Shown piece after piece: positions 17,040 to 27,014 of a DNA stretch of 33,190 bases. The notes under the pieces are model-generated. The model was not told the origin of the DNA. It ran no database searches and saw only the letters and a program-made list of their open reading frames with translations. Positions within the stretch are counted from its first letter, which is position 1, and every line of letters begins with the position of its first letter. Source of the stretch: Candidatus Babelota bacterium (GTDB taxonomy: Bacteria; Babelota; Babeliae; Babelales; GCA-2401785); contig JBHPCE010000003.1 of the NCBI GenBank assembly GCA_042576345.1, positions 1-33,190 of the forward strand. The letters are read 5' to 3'. Made by a program: the position numbers and the translations under genes.

Positions 17040-17768
17040 TTACAACTTTTTCCGATTACACACCACGTGAGCATGATGTGCTCCAAAAGGAAGCCAAGAA
17101 ATATATCGCTCCAAAGGTCTAAACATTCGCGCAAAACGAGGAAAAAAACAATAAAAAAAAGTTTTCACACTACCATAATTTTTCAAAATTTTTCTCGCAT
17201 AAAGCGGGTAAAGCATTTTTGCACTTTGATCCAACGGATGCGTTTTAAAAACATAGTGAGCAATTGGATTTAAGGGATTAATATCGAACAAAATAAATAC
17301 ACCATCTTTCTTCAAAACTCTAAATATTTCATCCAACCAATGCCTGTGTTCACAAAAGGGAATATGATGGAAAACACCAGCCGCAAAAATCATCTCAAAT
17401 TTAGAGTCTTCGTATGGAACCACTTCCCTATCAATGACAGAAAATGAAATATCAGAAAAATGTTTTTGCGCCGCCTCAATACTTTCCAAAGATGGATCGG
17501 TGCCAAAAACACGCGCTTTTGGGAAATATGACCTCATGTACGAGGTCATAAGTCCATCACCACAACCGTAATCCAAAACACTGAAATTACGATCCTTGAA
17601 CTCCGGAAGCCAAAGGCTCAATTTTTGAACTTTGTATAAGGCAAAATATTCCGAAGTTTCTCCAGACAGCCACAGCAACTTATCCTGCTTTTGCCTGTAT
17701 CCATGCACAAATTCATCAAATTCGAATCTGCACCGGTGCTTTCTCTCTTTCTCTTTTTCCCCCTGCAA
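17040..17768 (-). CDS. Class I SAM-dependent methyltransferase
   Basis: VLDYGCGDG motif I, VFHHIP and RVLKKDG. Confidence 0.9.
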   Translation of the reverse strand: MQGEKEKERKHRCRFEFDEFVHGYRQKQDKLLWLSGETSEYFALYKVQKLSLWLPEFKDRNFSVLDYGCGDGLMTSYMRSYFPKARVFGTDPSLESIEAAQKHFSDISFSVIDREVVPYEDSKFEMIFAAGVFHHIPFCEHRHWLDEIFRVLKKDGVFILFDINPLNPIAHYVFKTHPLDQSAKMLYPLYARKILKNYGSVKTFFYCFFPRFARMFRPLERYISWLPFGAHHAHVVCNRKKL

Positions 17769-17782
17769 AGCCCCACTTCTCC

Positions 17783-18823
17783 CTAAAGCAAAACTCTCTC
17801 ATCATCAGACTCTTCCATAGATGACACAATATCCTTGACATGCTCAACACTATCTTTATGAACAACCAATGTCACATCAGACGTCTCCACCAAACACAAA
17901 TCATCCGTACCACAAAAAACTACCGTTTTGGCCCCAGCACGGGCCAAATTGCCTTGTCCCTTAAAGCTAAAAACCTTTGTTGTTTCAGAATTTTCTTTTT
18001 CGGCTGACAGAAAGGAGTATAGATTTCCAACATCGTTCCACCCACAATCACATTCAACCAACATCAAATTGTCGGCTTTCTCTGCAATGGCATTATCAAA
18101 AGAAATCTGTGGAACAGAGTTATAATTTCCTCCACCAAGAATCGCTTCTTCTACACTGTCCCAAAGCTGTGGAGCCTTTTCTTTTGCCGTTCCTACAATC
18201 GTTGAAACTCTTCCAACATAAATGCCAGTATTCCAGTAAACATTACCACCGACAATCAAATCCTTCGCCATTTTTCTGTCAGGCTTTTCCAAAAACTTTG
18301 TTACTGAAAAACATTCTTGAAAATCTTCATTATCTTTAATCCTGACATATCCATATCCCGTCTTGGGACTGTCGGGCTTCACACCTAAAAGAACAATGGA
18401 ATTACACTGCCGCGAACATTTTACTGCCCGATTTAGTGATTCCCTAAATTTTTCATCGTCACTAACAACGTGATCAGATGGAAGGAAAACAATTACAGGA
18501 TCACTGTCTCTAACGCAAGACTTATTCAAAAGTCTGGCGCAACTTAAAAGCATTGCTCCAGCAGTATTTCTTGCCTCTGGTTCACGTATAAAAATATCAA
18601 TATTCCTGTACAGTAAATCTTCGGTAAAGGGAAAGTAGTACGGAGGAGCCACAACCCCCATACGGTTTTCGTCAGAAAGTAAAGGTAAAATCCTATCGAT
18701 GGTGCTTTCCAAAAGCATTTTACCACCAGAAAATCTAAGAAATTGCTTTGGTTTTTTCTTCCTGCTAATCGGCCACAGACGTTTTCCACCACCACCAGAA
18801 AGAATCACAAAGTAAACTTCCAT
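17783..18823 (-). CDS. manC: Mannose-1-phosphate guanylyltransferase
   Basis: ILSGGGGKRLWPISR..PKQF, EPEARNTA, PSDH, TGYGY, FLEKP, WNTG and WNDVG; no cupin/PMI domain. Confidence 0.92.
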   Translation of the reverse strand: MEVYFVILSGGGGKRLWPISRKKKPKQFLRFSGGKMLLESTIDRILPLLSDENRMGVVAPPYYFPFTEDLLYRNIDIFIREPEARNTAGAMLLSCARLLNKSCVRDSDPVIVFLPSDHVVSDDEKFRESLNRAVKCSRQCNSIVLLGVKPDSPKTGYGYVRIKDNEDFQECFSVTKFLEKPDRKMAKDLIVGGNVYWNTGIYVGRVSTIVGTAKEKAPQLWDSVEEAILGGGNYNSVPQISFDNAIAEKADNLMLVECDCGWNDVGNLYSFLSAEKENSETTKVFSFKGQGNLARAGAKTVVFCGTDDLCLVETSDVTLVVHKDSVEHVKDIVSSMEESDDERVLL

Positions 18824-18871
18824 TTATCAGCTCCGAAAAACTCAAGCCACTATTTCGATTTCCACATGACG

Positions 18872-20800
18872 TCATTGGATAGCAATAAGATTAAAATATG
18901 TCCATGCCCTCACAGCCCCCAAATATCGTCCACCTAACATCCAGCTGTTCAAAAGAGCCCTAGACTTGCCTGATTTTACTCGGTTGGAAAGATTGCAAAA
19001 ATTTTTGAAAAAATTTTTTTTATTTTTTAGCCAGGAATCTATCGGCACACCAAAACCAACTTTTCTTCTGTATATCACATCATTTTGCAAAAGCCCTTCT
19101 GCTGCCTTTTTAAGCACAAATTTTCTACCACCCAAACCAAGCTTAAACTTTGAGGGAATATTTAAGACAAATTCAACCAATTTATGGTCTAGAAATGGCA
19201 CTCGAGCCTCAACGCCGTTGGCCATGGACATTTTGTCTGCACGCATCAAAAGCAGTTCAGGCAATCTTTGCTTGAGCTCTAGGTATGTCATTTTTTGACA
19301 AAAATCTGACTCAGGAAACTTTCTCGATATCCTAGACATGTGGTAATCGATGTTAGAGTAACTCGCTAAATCCTGCCTTATTCCACTGAAAATCATGGAT
19401 ACGACAGAATCACTTTCTTCCATTGACGCAAAAACACCTAAATATCTTTTGTCACGATCAGAAAGTGCGGTTGCGCCTCCCCAAAAAATTTCTCTTCCCA
19501 AAGACCAATTTTTCAGACAATGCTCAACCCAAGAATCTTTAGTTAAAGCACTCCTAAAAGCCTTATGAATTGGAAATTTTAAAGCATTTGGCATCCAACA
19601 AAGAGCTCCGTTCAGAAACCTGTCCGCACAGTACATTTTTTTATAGAAATCGTATCCCATAAAAAGCTCATCTGCACCCTCACCAACTTGCACAACGGGC
19701 ACACCACATTCGCGAGCCATTTTGGTAACAAAGTAAAATGGAATGCAAACTGGATCTGCAAGAGGTTCATCAAGCTGATAAACCATTTTTTCGAAAAAAT
19801 TAAAGGCCTTAATTTCGTCGATAACAATTTCGTAATGTTCCGTTCCAAAATGCTTAGCAACTCTTTTTGCCCAACTTCTTTCATCCCTTCCCTTGCTGCC
19901 TTCGATGTGTATGTTAAAAGTCTTTATTTTGGCGGAATTTTGGGCCATCAAACCCACAAGAAAACTTGAGTCTAGTCCACCAGAAAGAAGTGCTCCCACA
20001 GGAACATCAGACAAAAGCCTCTTTTTTACAGATTCTTTCAGCAGATTCCGAACACCGCTTACACAAAAATCCAAACTTTCAAAATCTTTTTTCCCGTTTT
20101 TTTCTATTGCAGATAACGGTGAATACCATTCCTCAAAAATGGGCTCACATTCATATTTTACCCTACATAAAAAACCGGCTGGAAGTTTGTAAATTCCTCT
20201 GAAAATCGTTAAAGGCCCTGGAGTAACCATAAACGTTAAATACTTTTCCACAGCCGACTCAGAAAACTCACGCTTTATCCAATTTAATTCCCATAAAGCC
20301 TTAATTTCGGAAGCAAAACTAAGTTTTTGTCCTTGCAAAGAAAAGTACAGCGGCTTTACACCAAATCTGTCTCTTGCCAAAAAAAGCTCGCGAGATCGAG
20401 AATCAAAAATTGCAAATGCAAACATGCCATCGAGATGATTCAGACAATCAGCTCCCCACTCAAGATAAGCATTAACAACGCTCTCTGTATCAGAATTTGT
20501 GGTATATCTATGGCCAAAAGATTCTAATTCAAATTTCAACTTTGGATGATTATAAATTTCTCCATTAAAAACTATTGTTATAGCCCCATCTTGAGAATGA
20601 AAGGGCTGCCCTGCTTTTTCGGAAAGATCCTGAATACTAAGCCTTCTGTGCGCAAATCCAACCCCACACTTTTCACTTACCCAAACGCCACTTCCGTCGG
20701 GTCCACGATGTGCCATTTTCTGTTGCATTGCATCCAAAAGATTTTTAGCATTGTCAGGAAATCTTCCCTGAAGACAATAAAAACCGGCTATCCCACACAC
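18872..20800 (-). CDS. asnB: Asparagine synthase (glutamine-hydrolysing)-family amidotransferase, likely sugar amidation
   Basis: MCGIAG N-terminal nucleophile, HRGPDG, HRRLSI, NGEIYN, SDTE, RDRFGVKPL, LSGGLDSS, GEGADELF and EARVPFLD. Confidence 0.93.
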   Translation of the reverse strand: MCGIAGFYCLQGRFPDNAKNLLDAMQQKMAHRGPDGSGVWVSEKCGVGFAHRRLSIQDLSEKAGQPFHSQDGAITIVFNGEIYNHPKLKFELESFGHRYTTNSDTESVVNAYLEWGADCLNHLDGMFAFAIFDSRSRELFLARDRFGVKPLYFSLQGQKLSFASEIKALWELNWIKREFSESAVEKYLTFMVTPGPLTIFRGIYKLPAGFLCRVKYECEPIFEEWYSPLSAIEKNGKKDFESLDFCVSGVRNLLKESVKKRLLSDVPVGALLSGGLDSSFLVGLMAQNSAKIKTFNIHIEGSKGRDERSWAKRVAKHFGTEHYEIVIDEIKAFNFFEKMVYQLDEPLADPVCIPFYFVTKMARECGVPVVQVGEGADELFMGYDFYKKMYCADRFLNGALCWMPNALKFPIHKAFRSALTKDSWVEHCLKNWSLGREIFWGGATALSDRDKRYLGVFASMEESDSVVSMIFSGIRQDLASYSNIDYHMSRISRKFPESDFCQKMTYLELKQRLPELLLMRADKMSMANGVEARVPFLDHKLVEFVLNIPSKFKLGLGGRKFVLKKAAEGLLQNDVIYRRKVGFGVPIDSWLKNKKNFFKNFCNLSNRVKSGKSRALLNSWMLGGRYLGAVRAWTYFNLIAIQ

Positions 20801-22971
20801 AAGTCAAACTTTCGTAAGTCTTTACGGTCAAAAATGTGAAAACCGCCTCCCAAACGAGCAAGTCTGTTAACTTGCAAACTCATTTCAGTCGCACAAATTA
20901 TTCTGAAAATATTTTTTTTATTTTCTTCATCAAATTTTCTACTGAAAAAAGCCTTCAAGACTTCTGTGTGTCCTTTATCTTGAAACGAAGTTTTTTCATC
21001 ACAATCATTTTCAAAACCGTAACTACGCAAAGATAAAAAGTCATTCATAGCAATCGATTTTCCGTCGAAAAAGATTTCCATACGCTCCTTGGGCGTTTTA
21101 AGGCTCCCAACGGAAGTGTAGGTCAAATTCGCAACCGATCCATCTTGAAACGAAAAGTTTGCACAAAAATTCTCGGAAAAGGTGCTGTTTGGGAAAGCCT
21201 TGTTTGCCACAGCAACAGAAACAGATGTCGGCATTGATTTTGTCAAAACCAAAAAAAGCTCAAAAATATGACATGCTTCTCCGATAATTCTCCCGCCATT
21301 TCTTGGATCTTCGAGCCAATGATTTTTCGGAATTTGCCCCACATTCATCCTGTAATCAATTACAATCGGCCCTGACCGCTCCTCAAGACAATCTAGAGTT
21401 TTAGAAATGAATGGAGAGTGGGAACGGTTAAAATCAACGCAGTATCTAAAATCGTTATTTTCATCAAAAAAAGCCCTCAGCTCCCTAAGTTCGTCAAAAG
21501 TTACAGCAGCAGGCTTCTCACAAAATACAGTTTTTCCCGCTTTCATCGCCGATAACGCCTGGTTTGTATGAAACCGATGTGGCGTTGCTACAATCACCGT
21601 ATCAATTGAATTATCCAACAAAACATCGTCATAATTTGTCGTAAAATTCGGAATATTGAACTGCCTGGAAAAATTAAGTGCACCGTCTGCCGATCTTCCA
21701 ACAACACAACTAACATTTACATCTGAAATGCTATTTAAAATCGGCAAAAGTTTGGTTTTTGCAAAACCCCCAGCACCAACAATGGCAACATTAAAAGTAT
21801 CCTTTTTATGCGTAAAATTAGTTTTCTTTCCAAGCTTCATTGATTTGGGGACAAAAGCCTTGTCCATGTAAGAAAAAACTATTCCGATTGGCTTTTCTTT
21901 TTTCAAATAATCGTAAGCGTTGGAAGCCTTTTCTAAAGAAAATTCCTTGGAAATAAGTGGAAGAACATCTAACTTTCCATTTTCTATTAAATCCAATGCA
22001 AATTTCATATTTCTATTTTCTGTCCAGCGTACAAACTCATAGGGATAATCGAGCCCAGCATCCTCGTATTTCCAATCATATCTTCCTGGCCCATAAGAAC
22101 ATGAAATTAAAAGGTCCAATTCCTTTTGGTAAAACAAATCCCTAGAAAAATCCAATTTTACATCACCGATAACAACAACCTTGCCTCGACGCCTGGTGAA
22201 TTCAATGGCCTTGTCCACAACTTTGCCACTTTGTGAAGACGCCGTGATTATGGTGACATCAACACCTTTACCCTCAGTTTCTCGCTCCAAATTTTCTTTA
22301 TTTTTTTTATCTACAGCTTTAAAACATTTCGTACACCCAAGCTTTTTTCCAATATCCAAACGCTCTTTTTCCAAATCAATTCCAAAAACTCTGCACCCAG
22401 CAATTTTTAGCATCTGAACTGTTAAAAGCCCAACCAACCCCAAACCAATCACACAAACATTGTCTCCGAGCGAAACACCAGCCCTGCGAACTCCCTGCAT
22501 TGCAACTGCGGCCATTGCCACAACACTCGTTTCTCTGAGATTTTTTGTGGAATTCAGCCTCACAACCAAATTTTTAGGAACAACGACAAATTCACCATGA
22601 ACAGCAAATCCAGAACCAGCACAGGTAACCCAATCACCGGCCGAAAAGCTTGAATTAAAAGACGCTTTGACCACTTGCCCAGAACACGAGTATCCAACAC
22701 AAAAACTTTTTTTAAGAGCACCCTTGATCATAGATGCGGCATAAAAAATACCGTTGTCACGTAAAGCTCCAAACACTTTTGTAGCCGAAGTTTTAAAACT
22801 ACCAAAAACTTTACTGAAAATAGATCTACTCGAAGACCTTACCGTCGCCGCCTCTGTGCCAGAACTTATGAATGAATAATGCACTCTCACAAGAACCATG
22901 CCATCAGACAGAGGAGGTATCGATACATTCTTTACGCTTATCTTCCCCTTTGTCACAAAGACTTGTTTCAT
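20788..22971 (-). CDS. Bi-domain oxidoreductase (MDR alcohol-dehydrogenase-like plus Gfo/Idh/MocA)
   Basis: SFISSGTE, GYSCSG, GLGLVG, SYGPGRYD and RWTENRN, followed by IVGAGGFA, FCEKP, FNR and GGRIIGEACH. Start placed at MKQVF (22971). Confidence 0.9.
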   Translation of the reverse strand: MKQVFVTKGKISVKNVSIPPLSDGMVLVRVHYSFISSGTEAATVRSSSRSIFSKVFGSFKTSATKVFGALRDNGIFYAASMIKGALKKSFCVGYSCSGQVVKASFNSSFSAGDWVTCAGSGFAVHGEFVVVPKNLVVRLNSTKNLRETSVVAMAAVAMQGVRRAGVSLGDNVCVIGLGLVGLLTVQMLKIAGCRVFGIDLEKERLDIGKKLGCTKCFKAVDKKNKENLERETEGKGVDVTIITASSQSGKVVDKAIEFTRRRGKVVVIGDVKLDFSRDLFYQKELDLLISCSYGPGRYDWKYEDAGLDYPYEFVRWTENRNMKFALDLIENGKLDVLPLISKEFSLEKASNAYDYLKKEKPIGIVFSYMDKAFVPKSMKLGKKTNFTHKKDTFNVAIVGAGGFAKTKLLPILNSISDVNVSCVVGRSADGALNFSRQFNIPNFTTNYDDVLLDNSIDTVIVATPHRFHTNQALSAMKAGKTVFCEKPAAVTFDELRELRAFFDENNDFRYCVDFNRSHSPFISKTLDCLEERSGPIVIDYRMNVGQIPKNHWLEDPRNGGRIIGEACHIFELFLVLTKSMPTSVSVAVANKAFPNSTFSENFCANFSFQDGSVANLTYTSVGSLKTPKERMEIFFDGKSIAMNDFLSLRSYGFENDCDEKTSFQDKGHTEVLKAFFSRKFDEENKKNIFRIICATEMSLQVNRLARLGGGFHIFDRKDLRKFDLCVG

Positions 22972-24265
22972 GCTCCTTTTTCTCCCAAAAATCGCTGCCA
23001 AAATTACCTAACCGATACAAAAAACCGGTCGGATCAATTACTTTTTTCCCATCTAACGCACTTTTTCTAAGTATTTTAAATTCCTTATGCGGCACCAAAA
23101 TCAAAACAATATCAGAACATTTAATGCCCATAAAAAAATCAACAACAACTTTTAATCCATGCATCTCTAAAACAGAAGTTTCTAAGTTCGGCTCACAAAC
23201 TTTGACATGACAAAGAGATTTTTTCTCACTTAGATTTTTTGCGATTTTTAGCGACGGTGACTCTCTTAGATCGTCAACATCGGGCTTATATGTAACCCCT
23301 AAAACAAGAACTTTTGGCAACCGCTCGAACTTTGAAAAAAAACTTTTACATAAGGTCTCGGCCTGATTACACAACCTTATTGGCACATCGTCATTAAGCC
23401 TTCTGGCAGATTTAATAAGCTCGGTTTTTTCAGGAAAAGCATTAACTAAAAACTGTGGATCAACTGCAATGCAGTGCCCCCCAACTCCAGGCCCGGGACG
23501 TAAAATATTAATTCTGGGATGATGATTAGCCAATTCTATCACGCGATGCGTGTTAATTTTTGCCTCACCACACATTTGAGCAACTTGATTTGCAAAAGCA
23601 ATTTGAACATCTCTACAACTATTTTCTACAAGCTTTACCATCTCTGCTGTCTCTAGATCTGTCTCATGTAAATCGCCTTTTGAAAAAGCTTTATAGAAAA
23701 AACAAGCTTTTCTTGCACACTCCCTTGTAAAACCACCTATGACACGATGGTTTTCTACAAGCTCCTTTGAAATGGCCCCTGGAATAACTCTTTCTGGACA
23801 ATGGGCAACAAAGAAATCTTTTCCAACCTTTAACCCACTTTTTTGTTCAATTTTTTTTGCCAAAATTCGGGTAACCCCCACAGGAACGGTAGATTCTAGA
23901 ATCACAACATTGCCAGGTCTTATCACTTTTGAAACATTTTCCGCTGCACCAAAAACAGCACTAAGATCAACTTTTCCATTTTTTAGAGGAGTTGGGACAC
24001 AAATTAAAAAATAATCCGCCGGCTCTAATATTTTCCCCACTGAAAAAACACCATTTTTTAGAACATCTTTGAGAAAATCGTTTAACTCTTCTTCCAAAAG
24101 AATCGAACTCGAGTTATTTATCTTCTCGATTCTCTCTTTGCTGATGTCTTGTCCATAAACACGAAAATCCGATTTCGCTGCGATTACAGCTGTTGGAAGC
24201 CCTATGTACCCAAGACCAATTACGGAAACACTTCTAAAGTCCCTCAGAACTGGTTTAAAGCACAT
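22904..24265 (-). CDS. wecC: UDP-N-acetyl-D-mannosamine dehydrogenase (nucleotide-sugar dehydrogenase)
   Basis: IGLGYIGLPTA, CVPTP, ESTVPVG, HCPERVIPG, KLVEN..RDVQIAFAN, PGPGVGGHCIAVDP and YKPDVDDLRESP. Confidence 0.9.
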   Translation of the reverse strand: MCFKPVLRDFRSVSVIGLGYIGLPTAVIAAKSDFRVYGQDISKERIEKINNSSSILLEEELNDFLKDVLKNGVFSVGKILEPADYFLICVPTPLKNGKVDLSAVFGAAENVSKVIRPGNVVILESTVPVGVTRILAKKIEQKSGLKVGKDFFVAHCPERVIPGAISKELVENHRVIGGFTRECARKACFFYKAFSKGDLHETDLETAEMVKLVENSCRDVQIAFANQVAQMCGEAKINTHRVIELANHHPRINILRPGPGVGGHCIAVDPQFLVNAFPEKTELIKSARRLNDDVPIRLCNQAETLCKSFFSKFERLPKVLVLGVTYKPDVDDLRESPSLKIAKNLSEKKSLCHVKVCEPNLETSVLEMHGLKVVVDFFMGIKCSDIVLILVPHKEFKILRKSALDGKKVIDPTGFLYRLGNFGSDFWEKKEHETSLCDKGEDKRKECIDTSSV

Positions 24266-24285
24266 AGAAATTCACTTCGAAACCA

Positions 24286-25437
24286 TTAAAAGCAAGATGG
24301 AAACTTACTTTGGAGAATACGTACAATTCGCGGCGAAGCAAGACCATCACCAAAAACGCTTTTAGAAACACCTTTGAAGGACGTAATTTTATCTGGAGAA
24401 CAAAATTGCTCCAATGCACTCAAAATTTTGTTTTCATCAAAACCCGTTAAACAAATCAATCCGTCCGAAATGCCCTCTGTTCGCTCTGTCACTTCTCTGA
24501 CACAAACAACTCTTTTTCCCAAACTCACACCTTCCTCCTGAAGCCCTCCAGAATCGGTCACAATGCAAGTTGACATCGACAGAAGGTAAACCATATCAAC
24601 GTACGCAAGAGGGTCGCACAACAAAATCCTGTCACAAAATCGGTTGGTTTTTAACCAAGAAGAAGTATCTTTTACATTGGGATTTGGATGCCTTGGATAC
24701 ACAACAGAAATATCCTTATTTTCAGCAACAAAATCTCCAATAACGTGGCATGCTCTTTTAATTCCGCCATCAAAGCCCTCGCGTCTATGAAGCGTGAGAA
24801 CGACAATCTTTTGACCATTTCCTGAGTTTTCTTCGACAAAATCCTTAACAAAATCAGAAACCTTTAGCGTTCCATCCTCAATTCTTTCCAAAACATTTTT
24901 TAGTGCATCGACAACTGTATTTCCAACCTTAAAAACACAAGATTCGTCAACACCTTCAGAAAATAAATTTTGTAGAGCAATTTCTGTTGGAGCAAAATGC
25001 AAAGAGCTAAAAATCCTCAACGCCTGCCTGTTGGCCTCTTCTGGAAACGGAGACGATAAAACCCCAGTTCGCAAACCAGCTTCAACATGAGCCACAGGTA
25101 TTTTGAGCAAAAACGCTGACATTCCCGCACACAAAGCCGTTGCCGTATCTCCCTGAACAACAACCAAAGCAGGCTTAACTTTTTTGTAGATGTTTTGAAA
25201 CTGAGATAAAAGTTTGCAGGACAAATCAACCAAAGACTGGCCAGGAACCATCACATCCATTTTAAAGTCAGGCTCAATTCCGAATACTTTTAAGGCTTGT
25301 TTTGATAAGTTTGCCTGTTGAAAAGACGCACAAGCAGAAACCTTTGCACCAACCTCTTTTAGAGCAAAATAAACCGGAGCCAGCTTTATTACCTCCGGCC
25401 GAGATCCCATAACAACTAAAATCCCTCCGGCCTGCAA
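24286..25437 (-). CDS. wecB: UDP-N-acetylglucosamine 2-epimerase (non-hydrolysing)
   Basis: GSRPEVIKLAP, VQGDTAT, HVEAGLRT, SPFPEE, GNTVVDAL, TLHRRE and TDSGGLQEE. TTG 25437 follows a GGAGG RBS. Confidence 0.93.
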   Translation of the reverse strand: MQAGGILVVMGSRPEVIKLAPVYFALKEVGAKVSACASFQQANLSKQALKVFGIEPDFKMDVMVPGQSLVDLSCKLLSQFQNIYKKVKPALVVVQGDTATALCAGMSAFLLKIPVAHVEAGLRTGVLSSPFPEEANRQALRIFSSLHFAPTEIALQNLFSEGVDESCVFKVGNTVVDALKNVLERIEDGTLKVSDFVKDFVEENSGNGQKIVVLTLHRREGFDGGIKRACHVIGDFVAENKDISVVYPRHPNPNVKDTSSWLKTNRFCDRILLCDPLAYVDMVYLLSMSTCIVTDSGGLQEEGVSLGKRVVCVREVTERTEGISDGLICLTGFDENKILSALEQFCSPDKITSFKGVSKSVFGDGLASPRIVRILQSKFPSCF

Positions 25438-25456
25438 TCGCCATCCTCCCAACGGA

Positions 25457-26200
25457 TTATGCAAAAATAATCCACTTGATTAACTGCCACAACGATATCA
25501 CTGTACAAGTTATCAGAATTAACACCGAAACAACTTTCAAGAACATCACTCTCGCCTTTTTTCTCTCTACTTTCACCCTTTCCAACCAGTCTTTTAAATG
25601 CCAATCGGTATAATGAACTCTTCCCGTCACGTAGTCTTCATAGTACCATTCCATTCTACTTGCCGCTTTGGGAAGCTCAAACTTTTTATATATCTTTAAG
25701 CCATCAAGCAAAGTTTCTCTTGCAGAGCTAAATTTATAACACCTTAATAAATCGCAAGCTAAATTTAATCGAACATTTATCCAAGTTGGTTCTAGTTGCA
25801 GTGCCTTTTCCAAATAATGAATAGACTTTCCGACATCGTTATTATCACTAAATAAAATCGAAAGCATGTAATTGCAGTCAACTCTGTTAGGGTCTAACGC
25901 TAACGCTTTTTCTACCAATTCGCGTTCTTTGGTAGGGTCCCCGAGTAACACATAATCTGCATATGCCCTCCAAAAAAGAGCGTCAACATTGTTTGGATCA
26001 ACATGTATCGCTCTGTCCAACGGCGGAAAAGCTAGCTTATCATCTTCAGATGCATCAAGATACAAAACACCTTTTTGGATAAGAAGATCTACATCATCAG
26101 GATTTTCTTTTAATTTCTTTTCCAGCTCATCCAACAAGGCATAATCTTTTTCCGTTCCAAAGCGCAGTATCACGCCACCGCTCTTACCTCTAATTATCAA
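25457..26200 (-). CDS. TPR protein with C-terminal TM anchor (array member 8; putative immunity)
   Basis: TPR helices (NPDDVDLLIQKG, DPNNVDALFWRA, EPTWI), YYEDYVTGR and a hydrophobic tail. TTG 26200 was chosen by homology with the 29875 start. Confidence 0.85.
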   Translation of the reverse strand: MIIRGKSGGVILRFGTEKDYALLDELEKKLKENPDDVDLLIQKGVLYLDASEDDKLAFPPLDRAIHVDPNNVDALFWRAYADYVLLGDPTKERELVEKALALDPNRVDCNYMLSILFSDNNDVGKSIHYLEKALQLEPTWINVRLNLACDLLRCYKFSSARETLLDGLKIYKKFELPKAASRMEWYYEDYVTGRVHYTDWHLKDWLERVKVERKKARVMFLKVVSVLILITCTVISLWQLIKWIIFA

Positions 26201-26247
26201 AAGATCCCCCAAGCTCCTCTAATTCATCTTTCATCTCTTTCAACCAA
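26155..26247. repeat. ~90-bp duplicated gene-junction segment, second copy at ~29830-29921
   Basis: tccaaagcgcagtatcacgccaccgctcttacctctaattatcaaa...tcatctttcatctctttcaacca vs tccaaagcgcagtattacgccaccaatcttccctctaattatcaaa...tcatctttcatttcttccaacca. Confidence 0.9.
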
Positions 26248-26249
26248 CA

Positions 26250-26972
26250 TCACTTCCCTCGCCCAGCACGCATTTTATTAATTTTTTCAATTTTAAATTT
26301 CATCGACTTGTCCAGTTCCATAGTACGTCCAGTTATGTAAAATTCTATGTATTCTTCCATAATGGAGGCATCCGAAGCAATCTCAATTTCCTCTGGATGT
26401 GACTGGACGTAATAGGCCAAATCTTCAGCTTCGTCAAGTCGACCTTGAGCCATAAACTTGCTAATCAATTTCACTTTTAAAAAAGGCCAAAACGGTTCAA
26501 GTTTTATTGCAATTTCCAGGTGCTTAACCGCACGCTCTACATCATCCTCAATGTAACAAACAATATCTGAAAGCAGAGAGTGACAGTCTGCTCTTTTATC
26601 ATCAATACTCAGGGCCAGAGTCAACATATCTATTGCCTGAAACATTTCAGCAATCAAATGGTATTGGGCCTCAGAAAACCAAAAAAGAGCATCAACATTA
26701 CGAGGCTCTAATTTAAGCGCCTGCTCAAAACATTTGATTGTATTGTCTACGTCCTCAAAGACATGGAAATATAAAAAGCCCTTTTCAACAAAAGCTTTTA
26801 CATTCTTGGGATTGACAGCAAGAACTTCATCCAATTCAGAAATTCTCTCAATCCCTCTATTAACTATTCCTATCTTCCCTCTCCCCCAAAGAAACTCATA
26901 TGTAAATAATAAACTACATTTGTCTACAAGAAATCGTACCCAATAGAATGTTAATTTTTGCCACGTGTTCAA
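26250..26972 (-). CDS. TPR protein, soluble (array member 7); true start uncertain, probably downstream
   Basis: NPKNVKAFVEKGFL, EPRNVDALFW, RADCH, EPFWP and YIEFYITGR. Confidence 0.82.
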   Translation of the reverse strand: MNTWQKLTFYWVRFLVDKCSLLFTYEFLWGRGKIGIVNRGIERISELDEVLAVNPKNVKAFVEKGFLYFHVFEDVDNTIKCFEQALKLEPRNVDALFWFSEAQYHLIAEMFQAIDMLTLALSIDDKRADCHSLLSDIVCYIEDDVERAVKHLEIAIKLEPFWPFLKVKLISKFMAQGRLDEAEDLAYYVQSHPEEIEIASDASIMEEYIEFYITGRTMELDKSMKFKIEKINKMRAGRGK

Positions 26973-27014
26973 CTAAACCATTTACAATAAATTCGCGCAT
27001 TACTTATTAAAAAT

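Noticed and set aside
16767-17040. Possible GtrA-like or decayed gene between the methyltransferase and GT2
   Set aside because: There are only short hydrophobic frames broken by stops (one ~49-aa frame ends at the GT2 start) and no recognisable motif.
22904-23001. Overlap between the wecC 3' end and the oxidoreductase start
   Set aside because: It is best explained by a non-conserved C-terminal extension of WecC; no frameshift signal is evident.
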